A DNA stretch of 63,981 nt, the filler included, from Sanchytrium tribonematis (lineage: Eukaryota), in the NCBI GenBank assembly GCA_018985235.1. It is 6 parts of 6 records of this genome, joined end to end, with 100 filler letters (N's around TTAATTAATTAA, not from the genome) between each part and the next. Parts side by side here need not be neighbours in the genome. Positions count along the whole stretch, not along the records: positions 33,373 to 44,360 come from JADGIG010000273.1; positions 44,461 to 55,430 come from JADGIG010000274.1; 4 more parts are not named here. One strand, given 5' to 3'. Both the position numbers and the translations under genes were made by a program. Below the pieces are notes generated by a model. That model was not told where the DNA came from and made no database searches. It saw only the letters and a program-made list of their open reading frames with translations. This document shows positions 36,817-49,227 of this stretch, in pieces. Position 1 is the first letter of the stretch; every line of letters begins with the position of its first letter.

Positions 36817-39754
36817 TTAGTCTTTCTTTTGTTTTTGACGAATTGGCATTACAATGGTTCTACTGACAAATTTTAATACTTCATCAATGAGAATAACTGG
36901 AAAAGAAATGTACACCACACCTTTCCATTCATTCCAACTTAATGGTAATATATTAAATATTTGATTAAAGAATGGGACTTCAAGTATCATAAAATGTAAA
37001 GCCATACTCAAAGTAATTGCCAGAATTAAAAATGTGTTTTTCCACAGTGGCATTTGCAACAAGGATTCATTCTCACTCAGTGAATTCATAGCATTAAACA
37101 TTTCGATAACCACTAAAACACTTAATGAAATAGTCGATGCTTTCTTTTGATGGTGATTTGAAAAAATACTACAGTCCATTTGTGTGGCATCGCATTTTGC
37201 AAATGATTGCTAAATAAATATAAAATACCAATTGTTTAAATGTAATTTCTGGTCCTTCGCTGAAATAGCAGTAGTACCAAGCATATCCAAATACAGTTGC
37301 AACTCCAACATACGTTCCAATAATCATATATCTGATAAATAACCACCTTCCGACAATTGGCTCACTTGATTTTCTAGGTGGGCGCACCATAATTTCGTGA
37401 TCAGCAGGATTAAATCCCAATGCAGTGGCTGGTAAACCATCAGTGACCAAATTGACCCATAGCAATTGAACAGGAATCAAAGCTTCTGGCATTCCCATCA
37501 AGACCGTTAAAAAGATACTCACAACTTCACCAATATTACTACTGATCAAATAACGAATAAATTGCTTGGTATTGCTGTAAATGTTTCTTCCTTCTTCTAC
37601 TGCCGCTACAATTGTGGCAAAATTGTCATCTTGAAGCACCATATCTGCAGCGTGTTTTGCGACATCAGTACCACTACCCATAGCCACACCGATATCCGCT
37701 TTCTTAAGTGCAGGTGCATCATTCACACCATCTCCAGTCATCGCAACCACATGCTCCTGTTGCTGTAAATAATGAACCAATTGAGATTTGTGCTGTGGTT
37801 CAGTTCTACTAAATAGTCTGGCAGTTTTAATACATTCTTGCTTTCGTTGTTCTGACATTTGATCCCATTCTCTTCCAGTAAAACTGACTTCACTCATTTT
37901 AACGTTTAGTTCTTCGAAAAGACCAATTTTTTCACAAATGCTTTCTGCTGTTTTTTGATTGTCACCCGTGATAACTACAATTCTGATTCCTGCATCATAA
38001 CATGTTTGAATAGATTCATATACTTCTGGACGAGGTGGATCACGCATACCAACAATTCCCACAAATATTAAATCTTCTTCAATACTTGCATATGATTCAG
38101 GGGGAATATTGACCAATGCAGATGTATCTGATACATCCTTGTAAGCCATCAATAAACAACGCAAGGCTTGATTGGTGTATGTATTCAAATGCGTCAAAAT
38201 CAAATCCTTTAATTTTTTGGATAAAGGAACAGTTTTGCCATTTATAAGTGCAGTAGAACATCTCAACAAGAGTTGCTCTGGTGCACCTTTGACATATAAA
38301 GTGCTTTTTGTATTTCTAGTTCTTCGCTTCTGTTCTACCAACACACTCATGCTTTTTCTATCTCTACTAAATTCATAAGTTTGGACTTTGTTAAATTGTT
38401 GCAATAATTCATTGTTATATGTCATACCATTAGAATGTTCTTGAATTGGATTACATTTCTCAACCAAACAACGCAAAGCGGCTTCAGTTGGTTCTCCAAC
38501 ACATTTGTAATGCGTATCGTAATCAATAAAACTATCATTACAGAAACTACAACACTGAACAAGTGCCTGAGGCAATGGCGTATTTGGACTGATGGTGCCA
38601 ACTGGATCGTAGCCATTTCCTGTTACACTAAAATGTTGGACATACGGGGTATCTGGATTGTCCAATATAAACACTTGTTCAACGCACATTTGATTTGTGG
38701 TTAATGTGCCTGTTTTGTCACTACAAATCACATCACAACATCCTAGAGTTTCTACAGATGGCAAATGTCTGACAATTGCATTCTTTTTCGCCATTTTCTT
38801 AGTTCCTAAAGCCAAACATGTTGTGATGACCACTGCCAAACCTTCTGGAATAGCGGCTACAGCCAAAGAGACTGCAATTTTAAAATAATAAATTGCACCT
38901 TTAAGCCAATATTGATGTTGTTTATCATTAAAATGATTAATGTTCATGAGCCATACCAGAATGCAAATGACAGCAATCCATTTAGCTAATGCATCTCCAA
39001 ATTCATCCAATTTTTTCTTTAGTGGCGATTTTTGATCATCGTCGCTGCTGATTTCTGTGTGGATTTTGCCAAGTTCAGTCAATAGACCAGTTTTTATAAC
39101 CAAAGCTCTACATGTGCCACTCACTACTAAGGTACCACTAAAGACAATATTAGTCATATCTTGTAAGACGACATCTTGAGCAACAACATCAGTAGTTTTA
39201 TAAACACTTACTGATTCTCCAGTCAAAATAGATTGATCGATTCTCAAATTACCACTGACAGTCAATAGCCTGCAGTCTGCTGGAACTACATTACCAGTTC
39301 TTAATTCAATTACATCTCCCGGAACAAGAAATTTCGCCAATTTAACAACTAATTGGTCATTGATATAAGCATGGCACTGAGTTGGAGTGTATTCTTTCAA
39401 GGCATTGATAGCTTGCAAAGCATTATTTTCTTGTAGAATACCTACAACGGCGTTTGCAATTAAAATTAACAATATAACTGTTGGTTCGGCAAATGCCATT
39501 GCGATATGGACATCGCTACCTTCATAATATTCTTCAACAGCTAAACCAAAACTGACCAGTGCTGCACCAAGTAAAATACGAACAAGTGTATCCTCAAATT
39601 GTTCCTTGATCATTTCAAGCCAAGATGCTTCTTCGGAATCTGGAATCTCATTAAGACCCACTTGCTTTAATTTCATTTCATGCTGTTGTTCAGACAATCC
39701 TGTCATCGTTGAGTTCAAAACTCGCAAGCATTCATCAACTGATTTCGAATGCAT
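36817..39754 (-). CDS. SERCA-type (P2A) Ca2+-ATPase; 2 exons, 972 aa
   Basis: [63 protein letters not shown]; intron 37210-37228. Confidence 0.97.
37210..37228 (-). other. 19-nt spliceosomal intron
   Basis: gtattttatatttatttag; splicing gives ITFKQL-QSFAKC. Confidence 0.92.
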
Positions 39755-40049
39755 TATTTCAAGGAGTTGCAAGAAAAAAGATAAGTTTTAAATATTAAAA
39801 GATGACTGATGTATAGGTCTCGTTTGAGATACATTCAGGAATTTCCTTTATCAAATCTGAGAGGTCGGCAGTTAAACGTGGGGTGGTTTGCTGCAAATTA
39901 ATAAAAGGAAAAGAAGAAATTGCAAAGTAGGATTCACTTGGCGATGATTAAATTTAGGCCATTAATGACTCATACTAGTTACTACTTGATACGGCTATGT
40001 CTCCGCGTCACTTCTACATTTGTATCAATGTCATTTACTTCAAAATTGA

Positions 40050-40449
40050 CTAGTAGTTAACACTGATCAAGTAATCTGCCAATTTTTCAACAACAGATGT
40101 GGCTTCACCAGGCTGTACATTTTCATCATATGTACCGATCAATACAGCTTGTTTGGTTTTAACACAAACGACTCCACCGCTTCCCTGAGTAAATAATTTA
40201 TACCAATTTTCCGTAAACTGAACGGTCATCACATCTCAAAGCAATGTATTTCTTTCCGCTAATATATAATCCACCAGCACGGATTCCAGATGCATCTTTA
40301 AAGGCACCATATAATTTTTCCAATTCTTGTGGACTTACGTTAAATCCACCTGATGCAGCCCATGTTGATTTATCATGCCCAAAGATACCTGCGGCATTGA
40401 TTTTCTTTGTTCCAACCAAGTTTTGATCAACGTAAGATTGCCAGCTCAT
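40050..40449 (-). CDS. PFY1: Profilin; 2 exons, 126 aa
   Basis: [43 protein letters not shown]. Confidence 0.97.
40185..40203 (-). other. 19-nt spliceosomal intron
   Basis: gtataaattatttactcag; restores a normal-length profilin. Confidence 0.95.
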
Positions 40450-40955
40450 TCAAGTAAAACGGGCGCGTCTCATCTTTTATACCCCTCAATCGGTACTTGA
40501 TTGGTTAGATTCTAAAACGTCATTAAAACGTTGCGGTTCAAAGCTCTCATTAATAACTAGGGACTCCGTTGCTAAATTTTGGTTTGTCACTTAGAATATG
40601 CCAAGGTTCAATCTTCCCAATCTTTAAATTTGACGGTACCCACTTTATGACCTTTTTAGAACGATGACGCTTTGACTTGACACGTTACAAAATGATTTCG
40701 CTTGTGCCGTTAGGAATCTAAAAATAATAATACCCTTCTATTACTGGATCATTATTCGCAAAATTGAAAATAAAAAAAAGAATTAGTAAAATTTTATTAT
40801 TGAAATAGTTGAAATATTTGATAACGATTTTGTGCAAACTCTTCACCGCTGACACAACACCCTTTTACTGAGTTTATGATAAAACAGCCCTAACTACAAA
40901 ATTTAAGACGTTTGCCCTTAAATTGGGAAAACACAAGAAAATATGTCTCTAAGAT

Positions 40956-41810
40956 TTACTTGTTATAAACTCCTAATACTTTCGCAATCCTCCATAAATC
41001 GTTAATCAAAGCAGTCTGTTCCTTGTCTAATAAAGAAGAATAATCGCCAAATATGTGACATGCTTTAATGATATCATTCGCGTCAGTTTCGTTGCCAGTA
41101 AATTTAACATGTAAATCCATATCTCTCTCTTTATTTATCTTTAATCCTTCCAACATGCTTTTTTCCAATGGTATGCTTTTGGAATTACAAAATGATTCAA
41201 AAACTTGAAGTAAAACCAAAGACTTATGTCCTAAATTGCTATCATCTACGTCATAATTACTGCCAAACGCACCAATGACGGCATTCAAGACCTGTTCCGT
41301 GTAAATTGAATCCCATTCAGCCTGATTACCTTGCAAATTAGAATCTTTTTTAATTTTTTCCGGTATATTGTTAATAAAATAGTCTTGAAGATGTCCAGGA
41401 AGTTTTGACAGGATATCTGAAATGCAAACGCTCGTTATTAACTTAAACAGACTTATACCTCGTTTTTCTGCAATTCGTCTCCAAGCTTCTTTTTCTTGCT
41501 CTTTTGCATCTAGCTCCTCCATCAATTTGACATTTCTTTGGTGCATTAAACTAAAATTAAATGTCAGATTACGTAATAAATCGTATATTAATTCTGATGA
41601 TTTGACTCCTTGTGTCTCGTTTTGAATTGTTTGCATTCGCTGTTGGACTTCTTCTGGTGATGCCGCAGCTGTTTTTAATCCTTTAATCAGTTCTAACATT
41701 GAGTAGTTAAAATCCTCGGACACTTTACTTTTCTTTAATTCAACTATAACGTTATTAATGTGTGATTCTGGGCATCCTAACTCAATCAAATCTTTTTTCA
41801 AATTTTCCAT
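40956..41810 (-). CDS. Hypothetical coiled-coil protein
   Basis: 284-aa ORF. Confidence 0.65.
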   Translation of the reverse strand: MENLKKDLIELGCPESHINNVIVELKKSKVSEDFNYSMLELIKGLKTAAASPEEVQQRMQTIQNETQGVKSSELIYDLLRNLTFNFSLMHQRNVKLMEELDAKEQEKEAWRRIAEKRGISLFKLITSVCISDILSKLPGHLQDYFINNIPEKIKKDSNLQGNQAEWDSIYTEQVLNAVIGAFGSNYDVDDSNLGHKSLVLLQVFESFCNSKSIPLEKSMLEGLKINKERDMDLHVKFTGNETDANDIIKACHIFGDYSSLLDKEQTALINDLWRIAKVLGVYNK

Positions 41811-42036
41811 GTTTTTGAGTTCTTAGGAGAAATCTGATTTTGTTAATTTTTAATCCAATCAATAAACTTGTCTTGTATCAAATATATGGCGAAATTTATT
41901 CAAATACTAAATAATAATGGAAATCCCGAAATAATTGAATTTGAATCTTAAGCTACGCAATTAAAAAGACTAATCAACGTAATCGAACTGCAAATAAAAA
42001 TTTAGTATTCAAGCTGAAAATCTCCCTTGTTATAAA

Positions 42037-43144
42037 ATGTTTACATCTTCCATTCGAAGGGCAATGCTTTCAGCGCAATTTGACCTCCCAGCAACATCTG
42101 CTAGAGCTACAAAGTATGGTGGCACCTACACATGTACCCTTATTCAAGGCGATGGTAAATTATTTTCACGAAGGTGTTGGTCCTGAGATAGCAAATTCTG
42201 TAAAGCAAATATTTCAAGCTGCGCAAGTCCCTGTTGAATTTGAAGAATACAAAATTAGTGGAAAAGCTAATTCAAAAGAATATAACACAGCATTAGATGC
42301 TTTACGACGGAATAAGGTTGGTCTTAAAGGTATACTTTTTACTCCAGTCAATAAGTATGGAAGCAGATCTTTTAATGTCACCATGAGACAGGATTTGGAC
42401 TTGTATGGTGCCGTGTCACTTGTCCGATCACTTCCTAATATTCCAAGCATTTATGATAAAGTAGATATTGCAATTATCAGAGAAAATACTGAAGGTGAAT
42501 ATTCTGGTATGGAGCATTGTCCAACTAACGATGTCGTTGAGGCCTTGAAAATTGTATCACACAGAAAAGTTGAGCGAATCGCTAGATTTGCATTCGATTT
42601 TGCTTTGAAAAACCACCGTAAGAAAGTCACTTGTGTTCACAAAGCAAATATAATGAAGTTGGGCGATGGGTTGTTTTTGAAAGTATGCAGGGAAGTGGCT
42701 AAGTTGTATGAATCGCACGGAATTGAATTTAATGATATGATTGTTGATAACGCAGCCATGCAGTTGGTTTCTAAGCCTCATCAGTTTGATGTCATCGTTA
42801 CTGGGAATTTGTACGGAAACATTTGCTCTAATGTTGGCGGAGCTCTTGTCGGTGGGCCAGGTATGATTCCGGGAGCTTGTATTGGCAGCGAATACGCTAT
42901 ATTCGAACCTGGTTGTAGACATGTCGGTCAGGATATCCAAGGACAAGATTTGGCCAATCCTAGTGCGTTAATAATGAGTGCTGCTATGATGTTGAGACAC
43001 TTAAATTTGGACCATCAAGCTTATCGAATTGAGCATGCATTAAGGCTTACATTAGAAAATGGCAACTCTAGAACTAAAGACTTGGGCGGAGTTATGGGCA
43101 CTAGAGAATTCACAAAGGCAGTCATTAGTAACTTGGACAAATAA
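42037..43144 (+). CDS. IDH1: Mitochondrial NAD-dependent isocitrate dehydrogenase, regulatory subunit; 2 exons, 362 aa
   Basis: Presequence MFTSSIRRAM; KYGGTYTCTLIQGD-GVGPEI after splicing; RENTEGEYSG; NLYGNICSN (Asn where the catalytic subunit has Asp). Confidence 0.93.
42155..42173 (+). other. 19-nt spliceosomal intron with AAG acceptor
   Basis: gtaaattattttcacgaag; restores the conserved GDGVGPE. Confidence 0.95.
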
Positions 43145-43166
43145 ATTGCAAAAAACTATTTTATTT

Positions 43167-44360
43167 CTAATATTGCGCTGGAATGTGTTTGTAACCATAT
43201 CCTGTTATAGGTTGTTTAGGAGGTTCTACAGCAGGTTCCTCTTGAGATGGCTCATTTTCGGGAACAGTGGAAGGTTCTTCCTCTGGCTGAGGTTCAGGTT
43301 CATTTTCATACTCAGGAGCAGGCTCATTTTCATGCTCAGGCTCACTCTCAGGCTCGTTTTCATGCTCAGGCTCTGGTTCATTTTCATATTCAGGAGCAGT
43401 CTCAGGAGCGGTGTATTGATAACCAGTGAGTGGTGTATTAGCGTACTCGTTTTGAGCAGGCGCACGCTGAGGATATCCTGGTGATGAGTAAACAGGCTGT
43501 TCAGGCTGGCTTTCTGGGTAACCCTGAGTCTGTGGGACAACAGATGGCCCAGATGGTTCACCTTCAGGCGTACTATAAGTTGGTTGATTATTGTATACTG
43601 GTTCTGGTGTTGCGTGATACTGCGGTTCTGGAGAAGACGGAATTTCTTGCTCAGGATATGGCTCTTCTTCAGGCATAACAGTTTCCTGAGGATATTCAGG
43701 CTCTGATTCAGAAACAGGCTCCGGAGTGGCTTGCTTCCTCTTGCACTTACGACGAACTACCTTTCTACATTTTCTTGGTGTCTCTTGTTCTGGAATTGGT
43801 TCACTTACATGCTCTGGAGTAGCTGGAATTTCTTGTTCTGGTGAAGGTTCAAATTCAGCTTCTGGTGAACTTGGTACTTCTTGTTCAGGAGTAGGAGGAA
43901 GTGGCTCGTGCTCTGGGGCAGCTGAAGGATATTCAGGAGTGGGTTGATAATGAGGATAGCCGGGGCTTGAAGAAGGATACTCAGGTGCACTTGGTGGATA
44001 CTCTTGTCCTGGAGAGGAAGGTTGATACTCAGGTGCACTTGGTGGATACTCTTGTCCTGGAGAGGATGGTTGATATTCTGGAACACTTGGTGGATACTCC
44101 TGTCCTGGAGATGATGGTGAATACTCAGGTACATTTTGGTACTCTGGCTCAGGTGAAGGCGGATATTCTCTAGTAGGTGCACGATAAGAGTACCCAGGTC
44201 GGGTTTCCGGCTGAGTCTCTGGCAATGGTTCTGATTCCGGTTGAGTTTCTGGCTCAGGCGCAGGACTTTCCTCACAAGGACTTTCCTCAGGTTTTGGAGC
44301 AGGGCTTTCTTCGCATGGGCTTTCCTCCGGCTTAGGCTCTGGTTCTTGTTTGGTGGGTTC
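43167..44360 (-). CDS. Pro/Glu/Tyr-rich repetitive protein, probably cell-wall/surface; 5'-truncated
   Basis: Frame open from the contig edge; repeats SSPGQEYPPSAPEYQP and (H/Y)ENEPxxE; basic island RKCRKVVRRKCKRK. Confidence 0.8.
   Translation of the reverse strand, partial: EPTKQEPEPKPEESPCEESPAPKPEESPCEESPAPEPETQPESEPLPETQPETRPGYSYRAPTREYPPSPEPEYQNVPEYSPSSPGQEYPPSVPEYQPSSPGQEYPPSAPEYQPSSPGQEYPPSAPEYPSSSPGYPHYQPTPEYPSAAPEHEPLPPTPEQEVPSSPEAEFEPSPEQEIPATPEHVSEPIPEQETPRKCRKVVRRKCKRKQATPEPVSESEPEYPQETVMPEEEPYPEQEIPSSPEPQYHATPEPVYNNQPTYSTPEGEPSGPSVVPQTQGYPESQPEQPVYSSPGYPQRAPAQNEYANTPLTGYQYTAPETAPEYENEPEPEHENEPESEPEHENEPAPEYENEPEPQPEEEPSTVPENEPSQEEPAVEPPKQPITGYGYKHIPAQY
43975..44125 (-). repeat. 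About 3 copies of a 48-bp coding tandem repeat
   Basis: 16-aa period SSPGQEYPPS(A/V)PEYxP; boundaries approximate. Confidence 0.85.
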
Positions 44361-44460
44361 NNNNNNNNNNNNNNNNNNNNNNNNNNNNNNNNNNNNNNNN
44401 NNNNTTAATTAATTAANNNNNNNNNNNNNNNNNNNNNNNNNNNNNNNNNNNNNNNNNNNN
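44361..44460. other. Artificial contig spacer
   Basis: N44-TTAATTAATTAA-N44. Confidence 0.99.
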
Positions 44461-46288
44461 GAAAGCATACAATCCTTAAGAAAAACTATTGATAGTATAA
44501 CATTGATGGATTATGACGACAAGAGAAAGTTGATGTTCATAATATGTGATGGAATGGTCGTGGGTGCCGGAAATGACAAGGCTACTCCTCGGCTCGTTCT
44601 CGATGTGCTTGGCGTTGATAAAGATTTTGATACAGAGCCACTTTCTTTTGAATCACTTGGAGATGGTACTAAGCAGCACAATATGGGGAAAATTTATAGT
44701 GGTTTATACGAGAAAGAAGGCCACTTGACTCCATATGTCGTGGTTGTTAAAGTAGGAACTCCTCAGGAAAGAGTGAAACCCGGTAATCGAGGAAAAAGAG
44801 ACAGTCAAATGATCTTGATGAGATTCTTAAACAAAGTGATTTACGACAAACCAATGTCTCCAATGGAACTGGAACTTTACCATCACATGCAAAATGTAAT
44901 TGGTGTTCCCCCTAAAAATTATGACCTTGTTCTGATGGTGGATGCGGACACAGAGGTTCTAGAAGACTCTCTTAGCCATTTAGTCAGTAGCATGGTTCAC
45001 GATTCTAAAGTAATAGGAATCTGTGGTGAGACCAAACTTGCCAATGAAAATGAAAGTCTGGCTACAATGATTCAGGTGTACGAATATTTTATATCGCATC
45101 ATTTGGCTAAAGCCTTCGAAAGCATGTTTGGATCCGTGACCTGTTTACCTGGATGTTTTTGCATGTATCGAATTTGGAATAGTGAATCCGAGGTTGCATT
45201 TTTGGCAAGTAACAACATCATTTCCGATTATGGTGTGAATGAAATTGACACGCTTCACAAGAAAAATCTTTTAAGTTTAGGAGAGGACAGATATCTTACA
45301 GTAATTCGTATTTATTTAGACTCTAATGCTAAAACATTTTCCATATCAAAAATTAGGCTTCAATCCTAGAGCCAAATGTTTAACAATTGCTCCAGATCGA
45401 TATGAAGTCTTGCTTTCGCAAAGACGTAGATGGATTAATTCTACTGTTCACAACTTGGCTGAATTATTGTTTGTAGACCAAATGTGTGGTTTTTGTTGTT
45501 TCAGTATGAGATTTGTAGTTTTTATTGATTTGTTCAGTACAATTGTTCAGCCAGCGGGAATTATATATCTTATTTATTTACTTGGTAAAATCGCATATGA
45601 TTATATTACTCTTGCACCAGACAGACAGGTTCCAGTTATTGCGCTTTATTTACTAGCTGCAGTTTATGGAATGCAGGCATTTATTTTCATCGTTAAAAGA
45701 GAATTTCAACATATTGGTTGGATGATAATATACATATTAGCTATGCCCGTTTTTGGATTCATTTTGCCAGTTTATGCTTTTTGGCATTTTGACGACTTTA
45801 GTTGGGGAAATACAAGGACTATATTTGGAGACGACGGCAAAAAGAAAGTCATGATTAAAAATGTTGAGAAATTTGATTTAAATGAAATACCACATAAAAA
45901 ATGGTCAGACTATGAAAAAGAAGTGATGGATATGCAAAATTCTATGACCAAGGTTCCTGTTGGTCAAGCAAGAAGTCTAACCCTATTTAGTGAAAATGAC
46001 AAAGGAAGTACTAAATCTTCAACTGTTTACAGTGTGCGATCTCCACAGTCAGAATCACGTAAAAGAATGGTATTTGATCATTCTGATGAGTTTGTGCAAG
46101 ATTCTGGCCCCACTGACTACGAATTGTATTCTGAGGTTAAAAGAATCTTGAGCGTTGCGGATCTAAATGTCATTACTAAGAAGCAGGTTCGGTATGAATT
46201 GAGCACATTTTTTGGAACTGAGTTAAGTCATAGGAAAGAGTATATAAACCAGTGTATTGATCAAGTTTTATTAGAACTTCAAAAGTAA
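44461..46288 (+). CDS. Chitin synthase, division 2 (class V/VII-like, C-terminal DEK_C-like domain); 5'-truncated
   Basis: [68 protein letters not shown]. Confidence 0.97.
45301..45319 (+). other. 19-nt spliceosomal intron
   Basis: gtaattcgtatttatttag; restores EDRYLTTLMLKHF. Confidence 0.95.
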
Positions 46289-46349
46289 ATTAAATTTCTA
46301 ATTAAATTATGTTAGTGTTGTTAATATTTGCAAGAGTATCACAATGATA

Positions 46350-47433
46350 TCAAAGCAATCCATTTCCTTTCAGGAAATTCTGAACCAAAGTGTCCTTGAT
46401 TGCTTTAAATACAACTTTGATTTGATTTGTATCTGTGGCGCATGTCAAATGTGGATAAATTTTTAATTTTTGGCGATTCACCTCAACAAACTGGTTCAAG
46501 ATGTATTTCGCTGCTTTATTGGGGTCTGGATCTCCGTTATAGTCAGGAAGATAGGACTGAAGTGGTATGGATTTTAACTTTTCTTTAAATAAGTCTGTTT
46601 TGTTCATGAAAAATATGATTGAGGACCGAATGAACCATCTTGAATTCACCACAGAATCAAAAAGTTTAATAGACTCTATTAATCGATTAACATTTTCATC
46701 TTCTAGAAGCCTTTGACTATATTCAGTTAAGCCCATTACAAATATCAGACTTGTAACGCCTTCAAAGCAATGAATCCATTTTTTCCTCTCACTTCTTTGT
46801 CCACCGACATCGAACATGCTAATTATTAAGGGTTCCATTGTGAATCTTGTTTCTACTATTCCTGAAGTTTTTGCGCGGCTTCTAAGAATATCCTGATCAG
46901 ATGGAATGTAATCAGATCCCAAGACTCTTTCAATTTCATCGAAAAAACTATATTAATAAAAAATACTATGGAGTGGAATCTAGCATGTAAAATTCATTGG
47001 ATCTCCCCATTAATTCTGCAATTACTGAGTCATTCCAAATATGATTTAATAGTGGTGCCATGGAGCTGTTTAATGGCTCTAATCCCTGTGCTTTTCGCTC
47101 ATCCATTTCCTTGATAACAATATCCATTTCCAATTTATTTTGTTTGTCGCTAAATATTAATAATGTATTATGCATCGCGTCATTTAATAATCTGATAGAA
47201 AGTTCAACATTCTGATAAATAATTTTTTTATAATTTGATTTATCTTCTTTGGTGTAACCACCTAAATTGATGATTTTCATTTGCTTTGCTATTGTGCTCT
47301 TCCCACTCTCACCTGCTCCAAGTAACAATATCTTGACGGTTTTTGAATCTTTTTGTGACTTGGCTTCTTTTAATATTTCTGCATCAAGTTTTAAAGAGTA
47401 TCGTTTACCTTCATTTGATTGACAATTTCCCAT
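46350..47433 (-). CDS. Heterotrimeric G-protein alpha subunit (fungal group III-like); 2 exons, 354 aa
   Basis: [40 protein letters not shown]; intron 46948-46966. Confidence 0.96.
46948..46966 (-). other. 19-nt spliceosomal intron
   Basis: gtattttttattaatatag; splicing gives [13 protein letters not shown]. Confidence 0.95.
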
Positions 47434-47547
47434 TTTAAAAAAGTGGCTGATTTTGTTTCTTTTTTCAATATTGTTACACGATAATTGAAGCGTCTTCGCC
47501 TATGCTAGAGCATTTTTGTTAAATTTACATCTTTTATTTGCACTGTT

Positions 47548-48033
47548 TCAAACACCACTGAATTGCACGCTGTTCGTCGCTTTGTGAAGAATCAGCGATT
47601 TTTCTAAGAGTTCTCGGCTTGCTTGGGGAAATAATATATGAAGCCTGTCTAGCTTTTTATTGGCCACTTTTTCCACTCTTCTAGTAGGTAAAGGTTCACT
47701 AGTTTTAATAAATCTTCTCGTCATTTTTTTTATCAAAGGCAAATTGCAGAATCGGTTTTTTAAAATAGAGACTTTTGAGCATGGTTGACTCGTATTATAA
47801 AATCCGGGTGTAGGCCTGGAATGACAAAATTGGGAAATGTCTGTTTTACTATCAAAATAAACACTTCTATATTCAGACTGGTGGGTATAAGCAGATGCTA
47901 ATGATCGTGAATCTACTGGAACTTTTCTGAATCCACCAGTGTTCATTGAGTACTTAGAATCTAATTTAGAGAAATTCGAATTTGACATTTGAAACGTTGG
48001 CCTTGAAATATAATCATATCTATTTCCCCACAT
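47548..48033 (-). CDS. Hypothetical protein with a CUE-like C-terminus (possible 1-nt frameshift)
   Basis: LDRLHILFPQASRELLEKSL; the shifted frame continues DEQRAIQWCLKQCK* to 47534. Confidence 0.55.
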   Translation of the reverse strand: MWGNRYDYISRPTFQMSNSNFSKLDSKYSMNTGGFRKVPVDSRSLASAYTHQSEYRSVYFDSKTDISQFCHSRPTPGFYNTSQPCSKVSILKNRFCNLPLIKKMTRRFIKTSEPLPTRRVEKVANKKLDRLHILFPQASRELLEKSLILHKATNSVQFSGV

Positions 48034-48112
48034 TCAATGAAAAACGATAATAAACTCCAATCCTAAGGCCTTCTAAATGCATTGATTGTAAATTAAAATA
48101 AAAAGCCACTCG

Positions 48113-49193
48113 ATGGGTTCTTGTCAAAGTTCTGTTGGACATGAGGGTTATATTTTATCGAATAAAATTGACAAGGAACTCCGAATGGAGGAGAAAAGTA
48201 TCAAAGATAGAAACCCGGTGAAACTGTTATTATTGGGTGCAGGTGAAAGTGGAAAATCGACAATTGTGAAGCAAATGAAAATTATTCATATGGGTGGATT
48301 TTCCAAGAGTGAAAGAGATGGCTACAAATCTCTGATTCATTCAAATATTGTACAAATTGTGAAAAGTGTGAAAAACGCATCAGAATCATTGCACCAAGAA
48401 TTATCGCCTACAAACAAAATATTTGTAGATCGTTTTTTGAAAGAATACATGTCCAATCTTGAGGACAATATTATGATAGAACAAAGTTACTACGAACACT
48501 TAAATGATTTCTGGGACGATAAAGTTGTCAAAGAATTAATTAAGACTGAAAACTATTTTCCTGATAGTTCACAATAGTATTTTGAATTAACACAGTTATA
48601 TGTCTAATCTTAGGAGAATATTTCAACCTGATTACCTTCCAGATGATACTGACATTATCAAGTGTCGCATTAAGTCTATAGGTGTCACTGAGACTAAATT
48701 TGATCTTCCTCCATTACACATTCAATTGTTTGATGCTGGAGGACAGAGAAGTGAAAGAAGAAAATGGATACATTGTTTTGAAACTGTCAATTGTGTCTTA
48801 TTTGTTGCAGCATTGAGTGAATACAATCAAGTTTTATTAGAGGATCCAGAAGTCAGCAGACTTCAAGAAAGTTTAAATTTATTTGACAGCATCATAAATT
48901 CGAGATGGTTTTCAAGAAGTAGTATTATTTTTTTCATGAATAAGTCAGATATCTTCAAAGAAAAACTCAAGGTATTTCTTCTAAAAAAACAATTTCCGGA
49001 TTTTGAATATGGCACTGACTCAGCAAAGGCTGGGAAATATCTTCTTTCCAAATTTGTAGCATTGAATAGGCAAAAGCTTCGAATATATCCTCACTTCACA
49101 AATGCAACAGACACATCACAAATTAAAGTAGTCTTTCTTGCTGTTAAAGACACTCTTTTACAGTCGACTTTAAAGGGAAACGGTATTTTTTAA
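48113..49193 (+). CDS. Second G-protein alpha subunit (paralog); 2 exons, 353 aa
   Basis: [40 protein letters not shown]; intron 48577-48595. Confidence 0.96.
48577..48595 (+). other. 19-nt spliceosomal intron
   Basis: gtattttgaattaacacag; splicing gives DSSQ-Y-YMSNLRRI. Confidence 0.95.
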
Positions 49194-49227
49194 AATCCAA
49201 ATAATAAATATTTATATAGCATAAGCA

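Noticed and set aside
42080..42173. ORF-track N-terminus of IDH (MTSQQHLL...)
   Set aside because: Artefact of reading through the intron; the true first exon starts at ATG 42037 in another frame.
43240..44130. Tandem repeats as a CRISPR array
   Set aside because: In-frame coding repeats (24 and 48 bp) without unique spacers; eukaryotic context and no cas genes.
43059..44275. Multiple overlapping ORFs on both strands
   Set aside because: Shadow frames of the repetitive, relatively GC-rich Pro/Glu CDS.
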